Assembly: GCF_055900595.2 (NCBI RefSeq)
Contig: NZ_CM148325.1
Strand: one strand, 5' to 3'
DNA length: 64,000 nt
The notes beneath the pieces are model-generated. The model had not been told where the DNA came from, did no database searches, and saw only the letters and a program-made list of their open reading frames with translations. Shown here one piece after another: positions 43,890-53,118 of the stretch; positions within the stretch are counted from its first letter, which is position 1; each line of letters opens with the position of its first letter. A program made the position numbers and the translations under genes.

Positions 43890-44965
43890 ATGTTTTCAGC
43901 CGCTATTTAATCCGTCATCTCTTTCTCGGTTTTGCCGCCGCCGCAGGGCTATTGCTGCCGCTTTTTACCACCTTCAACCTGATTAACGAACTGGATGATG
44001 TCGGCCCGGGCGGTTATCGCTGGACCCAGGCGGTGCTGGTGGTGCTGATGACCTTACCGCGCACACTGGTCGAACTTTCGCCGTTTATCGCCTTATTGGG
44101 AGGGATTGTCGGCCTGGGGCAACTATCGAAAAACAGTGAGCTTACCGCCATTCGCAGCACGGGGTTTTCTATCTTCCGTATTGCACTGGTGGCGCTGGTT
44201 GCCGGGATATTGTGGACTGTTTCGTTAGGCGCGATAGATGAGTGGGTGGCGTCGCCATTGCAGCAACAGGCGCTGCAAATCAAATCGACTGCCACCGCGT
44301 TGGGGGAGGACGATGACATTACCGGCAATATGCTTTGGGCCAGGCGCGGTAATGAATTTGTGACGGTGAAATCGCTGAACGAGCAGGGCCAGCCTGTGGG
44401 CGTGGAGATATTTCATTATCGCGACGATCTCTCGCTCGAATCCTACATTTTTGCACGCAGTGCCTCCATTGAAGACGACAAAACATGGATCCTGCATGGT
44501 GTGAATCATAAAAAATGGTTGAATGGCAAAGAAACGCTGGAAACATCAGATAATCTTACCTGGCAATCGGCCTTCACCAGTATGAATCTTGAAGAGTTAT
44601 CGATGCCGGGAAATACTTTTTCTGTCCGTCAACTTAATCATTACATCCATTATTTGCAGGAAACTGGGCAACCCAGCAGCGAATACCGCCTTGCACTGTG
44701 GGAAAAACTGGGACAACCCATCCTGACCCTGGCGATGATTTTGCTGGCTGTGCCGTTTACCTTTAGTGCCCCGCGTTCGCCTGGGATGGGTAGCCGTCTC
44801 GCTGTAGGCGTCATCGTGGGCTTACTTACCTGGATCAGCTATCAAATCATGGTCAATCTGGGATTGCTATTTGCGTTGAGCGCACCTGTTACCGCGCTCG
44901 GTTTACCGGTAGCGTTTGTGCTGGTGGCGTTGAGCCTGGTGTATTGGTATGACAGACAACATTAA
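43886..44965 (+). CDS. LptF/LptG-family (YjgP/YjgQ) permease paralogue, second of a pair
   Basis: ATG at 43886 overlaps the upstream stop (ATGA); MNVFSRYLIRHLFLGFAAAAGLLLPLFT... typical LptG-like N-terminus; 359 aa. Confidence 0.7.
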   Translation: MNVFSRYLIRHLFLGFAAAAGLLLPLFTTFNLINELDDVGPGGYRWTQAVLVVLMTLPRTLVELSPFIALLGGIVGLGQLSKNSELTAIRSTGFSIFRIALVALVAGILWTVSLGAIDEWVASPLQQQALQIKSTATALGEDDDITGNMLWARRGNEFVTVKSLNEQGQPVGVEIFHYRDDLSLESYIFARSASIEDDKTWILHGVNHKKWLNGKETLETSDNLTWQSAFTSMNLEELSMPGNTFSVRQLNHYIHYLQETGQPSSEYRLALWEKLGQPILTLAMILLAVPFTFSAPRSPGMGSRLAVGVIVGLLTWISYQIMVNLGLLFALSAPVTALGLPVAFVLVALSLVYWYDRQH

Positions 44966-44999
44966 ACCCGCCGTGGCGCAACACCACAGCGGGCTCACA

Positions 45000-46172
45000 T
45001 TACTGCTTCAGAGTAGCGAACGCTTGAATGATGGCATCAATTTGCTCACGACTGTGGGCAGCGTTTACGCTACAGCGCAGCAGCGTGATGCCTGCAGGCG
45101 CGGCAGGTGGCAGGATAAGATTCACATAAACGCCCAGCGAAATAAGCTCGCGCCAGATGCGTAAACCTTCCTCTTTCGAACCGATTATTACTGGCACTAC
45201 CGGGCTAATATGTGAACTTAACTCATAATCCAGTTTTTGCAGACCGTCATACAGATGGTTGGCATTATCCATCAGCTTTTGCCGCAACTCTGGTTGTGAG
45301 GCAATGGTTCTTAACGACGAGCGCACGGTCGCAATGCAGGACGGAGAAGGAGAGGCGGTAAAAATATACGGGCGGCTGCCGTAGCGCAACACTTCCATCG
45401 CTTCCGAACCGACAGCAAAACCGCCAATCGAGGCCAGACTTTTACTGAAGGTACCAACGATAATATCCACATCATCTTCAACGCCAACGGCTTCAGCCAG
45501 TCCGCGCCCCGTTGCGCCTAACACGCCAAACGAATGCGCTTCATCGACAATCAAATAACCACCGAGACGACGTTTGATATCAACAATTTCCGCCAGCGGC
45601 GCAACGTCACCGAGCATACTGTAGATGCCTTCAACGATGATAATCGCCTCTTTTGCCCGTTCACCGAGGCGAACCATGCGCCGTTCCAGATCTTTAGCAT
45701 CGTTATGGCGGAAACGAATAATTTCCGCGCCACCGAGAGAACAGGCGTCATAAATACTGGCGTGGCTGTCGGCATCCAGTAACACCACGGCGTTATGGTC
45801 GGCAAGTGCGCTGATGACGCCTAAATTAGCGGTATAACCGGTTGAAAAAACGATAGCGGTAGGGCGATTAAAAAACTCGGCGATCTCTTTCTCTAACGCC
45901 AGATGCGGCGCATAACTGCCGTTTGCCATACGAGAACCGGTGGTGCCGGTGCCTTGGGCCGCTAACGCTGCCTGACCTTCGGCGATGGCATCATGATTAA
46001 AGGTTAAACCGAGATAATTATTGGTCCCGGCCAGAATCACTTTTTTATTGCCGATCCGACCTTCGGTGGCGGAATACACTTCATCAATACAGGTGCCAAA
46101 CGGTGTTAACCCGTTGTCACTAAATTGCAGTCGCTCGCCAGCAAGGCGCGCATATTTATCGTATAGCCCCAT
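45000..46172 (-). CDS. PLP-dependent alpha-oxoamine synthase, serine-palmitoyltransferase-like
   Basis: 390-aa ORF with PLP-lysine motif GTFSKSLASIGG and DEAHSFG motif characteristic of SPT/KBL/BioF enzymes. Confidence 0.8.
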   Translation of the reverse strand: MGLYDKYARLAGERLQFSDNGLTPFGTCIDEVYSATEGRIGNKKVILAGTNNYLGLTFNHDAIAEGQAALAAQGTGTTGSRMANGSYAPHLALEKEIAEFFNRPTAIVFSTGYTANLGVISALADHNAVVLLDADSHASIYDACSLGGAEIIRFRHNDAKDLERRMVRLGERAKEAIIIVEGIYSMLGDVAPLAEIVDIKRRLGGYLIVDEAHSFGVLGATGRGLAEAVGVEDDVDIIVGTFSKSLASIGGFAVGSEAMEVLRYGSRPYIFTASPSPSCIATVRSSLRTIASQPELRQKLMDNANHLYDGLQKLDYELSSHISPVVPVIIGSKEEGLRIWRELISLGVYVNLILPPAAPAGITLLRCSVNAAHSREQIDAIIQAFATLKQ

Positions 46173-46420
46173 TATTTATTCTCCAGCCATGGAAGTAGTG
46201 TTTCCATTAATTGCGCAGGGGTTTTGACATCCAGCAGAATATTAATAGGAATGGAAATATCGAATCTGTCTTCCAGCATCATTAAGAGATCCATCACTTT
46301 GATCGACTCCAGGCCAAGATCGTTGACGAGATCGCTGTCGGGCTTAATTTCCACACCGTTTTCGACCAAATCCTGTAAACAGGAAAGGATGTAATCCATT
46401 ACTATTTCACGATTTACCAT
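46172..46420 (-). CDS. Dedicated acyl carrier protein
   Basis: 82-aa acidic ORF with phosphopantetheine-site motif DLGLESI; stop overlaps the SPT-like gene start. Confidence 0.75.
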   Translation of the reverse strand: MVNREIVMDYILSCLQDLVENGVEIKPDSDLVNDLGLESIKVMDLLMMLEDRFDISIPINILLDVKTPAQLMETLLPWLENK

Positions 46421-46451
46421 AGAAACGTTAACACACCTTTAAACAAGACAA

Positions 46452-47366
46452 TCAAAATAGCCCGTTGCGTAATGCGTGTTCCAGGCTAATCCCGGGAAAC
46501 CAATTAATATCTTCAGAAATACGGTTATTACTTGCTGACCAGTCGGCGTGGGTTAATTCACGGATTTTCGAGCGGGTCAGCATAGGTTCTTTACCTGCCA
46601 GGCGACTCAACGCGGTACTGATATCCGCAAGGCAGGTGAGTACCGACAGAGGAATACCAACCATTCGAACGGAACCGCAACGGGCGTCGGCGGCAAGTTG
46701 CTGTACGCGTTGCCAGTCATAGCCGCCGGCGACGCCATCGCATAATTCATAGGTTTGCGTCTGTACAGTTTCGGCGCTTAACCACTGCCCCACGGCTTGC
46801 GCGAAATCGGTGACGTGCAGGAAAGAGAGCTGTGTATCTGGCGCACCAAGTCGTGGCAGCAGGCCGCGCAGCATCCAGTCAAACAGCGGTTTTAACTCTT
46901 TATCGCCGGGACCATACACGGCTGTCGGGCGAAAAATGCCCAGCGTAATTTCGTCAGCCATTGCGGTCAGTCGTTGTTCGGCGACGTGTTTGGAATTTGC
47001 GTACCAGGAGAGTTCGGGATGACGCGCCGCCAGCGAAGAGATAAACAGAAAACGTTGGCAAAAGCCGCTCTCTTTTGCCGCTTGCATCAGGCGCAGGCTG
47101 CCGTCAACGTTACAGCGGGTAAAAATCTCTTCTTTGTGTCCGCGCACTTGTCCGGCGCAATGGACCACCGCGCTGGCTCCGGCAACCAGTTCGCTAAGCG
47201 AATGTGTATCTTCCAGCGAACCGCGCACCCAGATGAGATTATCATTGACGTGAGCGCGGGCAGTACGCGTCAATGCGCGAACGTGAAAGCCGCGGGCGAG
47301 CAGGTTATCGATAATATATTTACCGATAAACCCGGTAGCGCCCGTCACCGCGACAGTTTGATTCAT
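46452..47366 (-). CDS. NAD(P)-dependent epimerase/dehydratase-family reductase (extended SDR)
   Basis: 304-aa ORF with Rossmann motif VTGATGFIGKYI and YxxxK motif (YANSK); start overlaps the FAAL stop (ATGA). Confidence 0.75.
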   Translation of the reverse strand: MNQTVAVTGATGFIGKYIIDNLLARGFHVRALTRTARAHVNDNLIWVRGSLEDTHSLSELVAGASAVVHCAGQVRGHKEEIFTRCNVDGSLRLMQAAKESGFCQRFLFISSLAARHPELSWYANSKHVAEQRLTAMADEITLGIFRPTAVYGPGDKELKPLFDWMLRGLLPRLGAPDTQLSFLHVTDFAQAVGQWLSAETVQTQTYELCDGVAGGYDWQRVQQLAADARCGSVRMVGIPLSVLTCLADISTALSRLAGKEPMLTRSKIRELTHADWSASNNRISEDINWFPGISLEHALRNGLF

Positions 47367-49084
47367 GCCAGGGATTCCTGCACATGAAGGCTTGCAGCAT
47401 AAGCCTTCTGATAACGTTTTTTCGCTTCCGCACGGGCAGGCTTGCCGGAGGACGTTCGGGGAATACTGTGGGGCGGCAACAGATCGATAGCCGCGGTTAC
47501 GCCAAATTCGCTTTGGATCCGTGCTGCCAGTGCGTGGATAAGCTGCCCACGACGTTCTTCGTCGCTGATCCTACACTGGATCTGCAGAATGATTTTTTCC
47601 TGGGCGGTAACAAAAGCAATCGCATCGCCAGAATGAATTTCCGGTTCCTGTTCCGCAATATATTCAATATCCTGCGGCCAGATATTACGGCCACGAATAA
47701 TAATCAGATCTTTAATGCGTCCGGTGACATACAGATAACCGTCCAGCAGATAACCGAGGTCGCCGGTATCTAACCAGCCCGTCGCGGCAATCTCGTCTTG
47801 CGAAACCTGGTCGCCAAAGTAACCGCTCATCAGGCTGGGGCCGGAGATGCAAATATGGCCTACCACACGTTCCGCGACCGGCATACCTGCTTCATTGCGG
47901 ATTTCAATGCCATGTTCCGGCAACGCTTTACCGCAGTTGACGAAAGTCGATACGGCGCGTGTTTCAGCACCCGGCGCGACGGCTTTGCCCTGATATTCAA
48001 GGATGTCGCGATCCACTTCGTTAACCACAACCCCGGAGGCTTCATCAGAGAAGCTGACAGCCAGCGCATTTTCTGCCAGTCCGTAGCACGGCATGAACGT
48101 TTTATCGTCAAAGTTAACCTGACGGAAACATTCAGCGAATTGATGGAGTTGTTCTGCGGAGATGGGTTCTGCACCAATACCAGCGACGCGCCAGCAGGAA
48201 AGATCCAGTTCAGCGAGATCTTTTTCATTCACGCGGCGCTGGCACAATTCATAGCCAAACGGCGGCGCAACGGAAACGGTGCCGCGATTTTTACTGATCA
48301 ATTTAAGCCATTGCAGAGGACGCATGGCAAAATCCTGAGTGCGCAAATAATCTACTGAAAGCTGCGTGGCGACGGGGGTCAGGAGAAAGCCGACCAGTCC
48401 CATATCATGGTAGAAAGGCAGCCAGGAGACGCAGCGGTCGCCAGGGCGTAATTTAATGCCATCGTGGCTTATAGCACGTAGATTAGCCATCACTTCGCGA
48501 TGGGTGATAATGACGCCACGGGGAAAACGGGTGCTGCCGGAGGTGTACTGGAGGTAGGCGATATCGTTCGGAACTGGATGCTGGAGTGCAACATCGGCTT
48601 CCGGTAATGCCTTAAACCAGGCGTGGCTTAAAACATGTAATTCGGGGTTGTTATGCGTAGCGGCATTGACCAGTGGCAACCACTCATCACCAGTGATAAT
48701 GGCTGCGGGCTGGCAACTTGCCAGTAAACCCTGCAGTTTGGCGCTCCAGGAATCCCGCTGACCGATGCCCATTGGAATCGCCAACGGGACGGCGACTAAG
48801 CCGGCATACTGGCAGGAAAAAAAAGCCTCTACGAACCCGCTACTGGTTTCGGCAATCAGCGCCACGCGATCGCCTTTTTTCAGGTTCAGCGATAACAACC
48901 GCTTCGCACCAGCTTCGGCACGCGCTTTTAACGTCTGATATTCCAGTTGATCTTCAAGTTGGCAACGTCTGTCATAAAAATTCATTCCGGCGCTACTCAG
49001 AGCGGCGTAGTCCAAAGCATCAACCAGCGTTGGAAAATCGGCATAGCGCATAGGTAGGGAATGCGTAAAGATTTTATTAGACAT
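47363..49084 (-). CDS. Fatty acyl-AMP ligase / acyl-ACP synthetase (FAAL-type adenylating enzyme)
   Basis: Start set at ATG 49084 (MSNKIFTHSLPMRYADFPTL...; the ORF track's 49111 start is TTG); AMP-binding motif YTSGSTRFPRGV resembling FadD32-type FAALs. Confidence 0.8.
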   Translation of the reverse strand: MSNKIFTHSLPMRYADFPTLVDALDYAALSSAGMNFYDRRCQLEDQLEYQTLKARAEAGAKRLLSLNLKKGDRVALIAETSSGFVEAFFSCQYAGLVAVPLAIPMGIGQRDSWSAKLQGLLASCQPAAIITGDEWLPLVNAATHNNPELHVLSHAWFKALPEADVALQHPVPNDIAYLQYTSGSTRFPRGVIITHREVMANLRAISHDGIKLRPGDRCVSWLPFYHDMGLVGFLLTPVATQLSVDYLRTQDFAMRPLQWLKLISKNRGTVSVAPPFGYELCQRRVNEKDLAELDLSCWRVAGIGAEPISAEQLHQFAECFRQVNFDDKTFMPCYGLAENALAVSFSDEASGVVVNEVDRDILEYQGKAVAPGAETRAVSTFVNCGKALPEHGIEIRNEAGMPVAERVVGHICISGPSLMSGYFGDQVSQDEIAATGWLDTGDLGYLLDGYLYVTGRIKDLIIIRGRNIWPQDIEYIAEQEPEIHSGDAIAFVTAQEKIILQIQCRISDEERRGQLIHALAARIQSEFGVTAAIDLLPPHSIPRTSSGKPARAEAKKRYQKAYAASLHVQESLA

Positions 49085-49454
49085 ATACACCACGAAAAAA
49101 TTGGATATCAAAAATAAAATGACAATAATGCGGTGGATTATATAGGCATAAAAGATAAATGAGATAGTATTTTCATCAGTGTGAAAATGAACATTGATTT
49201 AAATAATGAGTTTGAGTTTTTTGTTTTTATTGTGAATGATATTTAATTTATGAATGTATTAAGAAGAAGCCTTGTCCGGTCGCCTTAAATCGACAAAAGG
49301 CATTGTGGCGCTTCTGTGTAGTCTCTGACCTTATCGTAATCATTAATAAATGCTATTTATTCGTCGTTTGTATTCATTGGGTTGATTATTAAGGTGCCGT
49401 TCGTTGCTGTTGCAACCTGTTTGTCACCGTTAATTATTTGTTACCCACAGAACT
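49085..49454. promoter_or_regulatory. AT-rich divergent intergenic region (probable promoters for the FAAL operon and yghO)
   Basis: 370 bp of strongly AT-rich sequence with poly-A/T tracts between divergent genes; no individual promoter element is called. Confidence 0.4.
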
Positions 49455-50597
49455 ATGGAATGCGATCTGCTGATGATTAAAATTGAAAAAGTAATTAATA
49501 AAAATGACCTTAAGGCATTTATCGCTTTTCCGTCATCACTTTATCCCGACGATCCAAACTGGATACCCCCTTTATTCATTGAACGCAACGAGCATTTGTC
49601 TGCGAAAAATCCGGGGACGGACCATATCATCTGGCAGGCGTGGGTGGCAAAAAAAGCCGGGCAGATAGTTGGGCGAATTACCGCGCAAATCGATACCTTG
49701 CACCGTGAGCGTTACGGTGAAGATACCGGTCATTTCGGCATGATTGACGCCATTGATGATCCGCAGGTTTTTGCCGCGTTGTTTGGCGCAGCGGAAGCGT
49801 GGTTGAAGTCACAAGGTGCAAGTAAGATCAGCGGTCCTTTCAGCCTGAATATCAATCAGGAAAGCGGATTACTGATTGAAGGTTTCGATACACCACCCTG
49901 TGCGATGATGCCGCACGGTAAACCGTGGTATGCCGCGCATATTGAACAATTGGGTTATCACAAAGGCATTGATTTACTAGCGTGGTGGATGCAGCGAACC
50001 GATCTCACTTTCTCTCCGGCGCTAAAAAAACTGATGGATCAGGTGCGTAAGAAGGTGACCATTCGCTGCATCAATCGCCAGCGGTTTGCCGAAGAGATGC
50101 AGATCCTGCGTGAGATTTTCAACTCTGGCTGGCAGCACAACTGGGGATTTGTGCCGTTTACCGAACATGAATTCGCGACTATGGGCGATCAACTTAAATA
50201 TCTGGTGCCGGACGATATGATCTACATCGCTGAGATTGATTCTGCACCCTGCGCGTTTATTGTTGGCTTGCCAAACATCAACGAGGCGATTGCCGATCTG
50301 AACGGATCGCTCTTTCCCTTCGGCTGGGCAAAATTGCTGTGGCGTTTAAAAGTCAGCGGTGTGCGAACTGCGCGAGTACCGCTGATGGGCGTGCGGGACG
50401 AGTATCAGTTTAGCCGCATCGGCCCGGTGATTGCGCTGTTATTGATTGAAGCCTTACGCGATCCGTTTGCCCGCCGGAAGATCGATGCGCTGGAAATGTC
50501 ATGGATCCTCGAAACCAATACAGGCATGAATAACATGCTGGAACGCATTGGGGCAGAGCCGTACAAGCGTTACCGATTGTATGAAAAGCAGATTTGA
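49455..50597 (+). CDS. yghO: YghO, acyl-CoA N-acyltransferase-like protein, apparently full length
   Basis: 380-aa ORF (alternative start at ATG 49473); recognised as the full-length counterpart of the K-12 yghO remnant. Confidence 0.7.
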   Translation: MECDLLMIKIEKVINKNDLKAFIAFPSSLYPDDPNWIPPLFIERNEHLSAKNPGTDHIIWQAWVAKKAGQIVGRITAQIDTLHRERYGEDTGHFGMIDAIDDPQVFAALFGAAEAWLKSQGASKISGPFSLNINQESGLLIEGFDTPPCAMMPHGKPWYAAHIEQLGYHKGIDLLAWWMQRTDLTFSPALKKLMDQVRKKVTIRCINRQRFAEEMQILREIFNSGWQHNWGFVPFTEHEFATMGDQLKYLVPDDMIYIAEIDSAPCAFIVGLPNINEAIADLNGSLFPFGWAKLLWRLKVSGVRTARVPLMGVRDEYQFSRIGPVIALLLIEALRDPFARRKIDALEMSWILETNTGMNNMLERIGAEPYKRYRLYEKQI

Positions 50598-50603
50598 TGG
50601 CAG

Positions 50604-51368
50604 TCACCCCTGCTTCATCTCCAGCGGCACCGCCGAGCGAATCAAATGGTGGCCTTCCAGCTCGATATCGTGGAGATTCTTTTTCACGGTCCGCACATGA
50701 TCGCGTGCTGCGCGCTGGGCGACGTGCGGCAGCCGCTGCAACACCGCGTTGTAGATCCGCGCATGCTGGCGATCGATCTGCTTTTTTTGCTGTGGTCGAT
50801 GGTAGAGATTATTTACGCTGGCAAACACTGAATTAAACATCAGATCGGTCAATGATTGCAGCGTAAACACCAACACCTGATTGTGAGAAGCCTGACAAAT
50901 GGCGAGATGGAAAGCGTGATCCAACTGCGCATGTTCGATCAGCGAAATCTCTTTGTTGTTCTCACTGGCGGCGAGCATTTTTTCATAACAGCGGGTTATC
51001 ACAACAAAATCAGCCTGGGTTCCCAGCGTTGCCGCAAGCCTTGCCGATTCCCCCTCCAGCAATGCGCGAACGTCGAGCAGATCGTACAGCGTTCGCGGCT
51101 GCGTGCTGAACAGATGAATTAGCGGGCTGGTATCCTGCACCCGATTAAGCCGTGCGACACGAGAATCGCGACCCTGCGCTGTTTCAATAATCCCGCGCCC
51201 GCGCAGCACGGTCAGCCCTTCACGCAGTGCGGAGCGTGAGAAGCCGAGCTTTTCACACAGTCGACGTTCCGAGGGAAGCGGCTGACCGACCTTCAGTACG
51301 CCGTCGATAATTAACCGTTCGATACTCTCTGCAACCACTTCGCAAATAGGGCGACGTTCATCTTTCAT
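50604..51368 (-). CDS. glcC: GntR/FadR-family glycolate operon activator GlcC
   Basis: Start at ATG 51368 (MKDERRPICEVVAESIERLII..., 254 aa). Confidence 0.95.
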   Translation of the reverse strand: MKDERRPICEVVAESIERLIIDGVLKVGQPLPSERRLCEKLGFSRSALREGLTVLRGRGIIETAQGRDSRVARLNRVQDTSPLIHLFSTQPRTLYDLLDVRALLEGESARLAATLGTQADFVVITRCYEKMLAASENNKEISLIEHAQLDHAFHLAICQASHNQVLVFTLQSLTDLMFNSVFASVNNLYHRPQQKKQIDRQHARIYNAVLQRLPHVAQRAARDHVRTVKKNLHDIELEGHHLIRSAVPLEMKQG

Positions 51369-51618
51369 TCCCGGACCTCGTGCACAGGTAGGACCAATTT
51401 TTCTGTTCTTAACTCGCAAAACACGCACATCACGTAAGTGATTATGTTACATCAATTTAACATTAAGTTAACCAAGGCAAGGTCACAGAGCTGGAAAAAA
51501 AATGGTCTGACCGGTAGCTAAAGAGATAGACGAAAACGAAAAGCCCGCTTAATAACTGTTCACAGAAGCAGCGCGCAAAAATCAGCTGCCACACAACACA
51601 ACAAAGCGAAGCCTACTC

Positions 51619-53118
51619 ATGAGCATCTTGTACGAAGAGCGTCTTGATGGCGCTTTACCCGATGTCGACCGCACATCGGTACTGATGGCACTGCGTGAGC
51701 ATGTCCCTGGACTTGAGATCCTGCATACCGATGAGGAGATCATTCCTTACGAGTGTGACGGGTTGAGCGCGTATCGCACGCGTCCATTACTGGTTGTTCT
51801 GCCTAAGCAAATGGAACAGGTGACAGCGATTCTGGCTGTTTGTCACCGCCTGCGTGTATCGGTGGTGACCCGTGGTGCAGGCACCGGGCTTTCTGGTGGC
51901 GCGCTGCCGCTGGAAAAAGGTGTGTTGTTGGTGATGGCGCGCTTTAAAGAGATCCTCGACATTAACCCCATTGGTCGCCGCGCGCGCGTGCAGCCGGGCG
52001 TGCGTAACCTGGCGATCTCCCAGGCCGTTGCGTCGCATAATCTCTATTACGCTCCGGATCCTTCCTCACAAATCGCCTGTTCGATTGGCGGCAACGTGGC
52101 GGAAAATGCCGGTGGCGTTCACTGCCTGAAATATGGTCTGACCGTACATAACCTGCTGAAAATTGAAGTGCAAACGCTGGACGGCGAGGCGCTGACGCTG
52201 GGATCGGATGCGCTGGATTCGCCTGGTTTTGACCTGCTGGCGCTGTTCACCGGATCGGAAGGTATGCTCGGCGTGACCACCGAAGTGACGGTAAAACTGC
52301 TGCCGAAGCCGCCCGTGGCGCGGGTTCTGTTAGCCAGCTTTGACTCGGTAGAAAAAGCCGGACTTGCGGTTGGTGACATCATCGCCAATGGCATTATCCC
52401 CGGCGGGCTGGAGATGATGGATAACCTGTCGATCCGCGCAGCGGAAGATTTTATACATGCCGGTTATCCCGTCGACGCCGAAGCGATTTTGTTATGCGAG
52501 CTGGACGGCGTGGAGTCTGACGTACAGGAAGACTGCGAGCGGGTTAACGACATCTTGTTGAAAGCGGGCGCGACTGACGTCCGGCTGGCACAGGACGAAG
52601 CAGAGCGCGTACGTTTCTGGGCCGGTCGCAAAAATGCGTTCCCTGCGGTAGGACGAATCTCCCCGGATTACTACTGCATGGATGGCACCATCCCGCGCCG
52701 TGCCCTGCCTGGCGTACTGGAAGGCATTGCCCGTTTATCGCAGCAATATGATTTACGTGTTGCTAACGTCTTTCATGCCGGAGACGGCAACATGCACCCG
52801 TTAATCCTTTTCGATGCCAACGAACCCGGTGAATTTGCCCGCGCGGAAGAGCTGGGCGGGAAGATCCTCGAACTCTGCGTTGAAGTTGGCGGCAGCATCA
52901 GTGGGGAACATGGCATCGGGCGCGAAAAAATCAATCAAATGTGCGCCCAGTTCAACAGCGATGAAATCACGACCTTCCATGCGGTCAAGGCGGCGTTTGA
53001 TCCCGATGGTTTGCTGAACCCTGGGAAAAACATTCCCACGCTACACCGCTGTGCTGAATTTGGTGCCATGCATGTGCATCACGGTCATTTACCTTTCCCT
53101 GAACTGGAGCGTTTCTGA
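51619..53118 (+). CDS. glcD: Glycolate oxidase FAD-binding subunit GlcD
   Basis: 499-aa ORF with FAD-binding PCMH domain. Confidence 0.95.
   Translation: MSILYEERLDGALPDVDRTSVLMALREHVPGLEILHTDEEIIPYECDGLSAYRTRPLLVVLPKQMEQVTAILAVCHRLRVSVVTRGAGTGLSGGALPLEKGVLLVMARFKEILDINPIGRRARVQPGVRNLAISQAVASHNLYYAPDPSSQIACSIGGNVAENAGGVHCLKYGLTVHNLLKIEVQTLDGEALTLGSDALDSPGFDLLALFTGSEGMLGVTTEVTVKLLPKPPVARVLLASFDSVEKAGLAVGDIIANGIIPGGLEMMDNLSIRAAEDFIHAGYPVDAEAILLCELDGVESDVQEDCERVNDILLKAGATDVRLAQDEAERVRFWAGRKNAFPAVGRISPDYYCMDGTIPRRALPGVLEGIARLSQQYDLRVANVFHAGDGNMHPLILFDANEPGEFARAEELGGKILELCVEVGGSISGEHGIGREKINQMCAQFNSDEITTFHAVKAAFDPDGLLNPGKNIPTLHRCAEFGAMHVHHGHLPFPELERF

Noticed and set aside
45000-46172. The alpha-oxoamine synthase as a second BioF (biotin) or Kbl (threonine degradation)
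   Set aside because: Its operon partners (FAAL, dedicated ACP, SDR reductase) and the GTFSKS lysine motif fit an SPT-type lipid enzyme better; not excluded without phylogeny.
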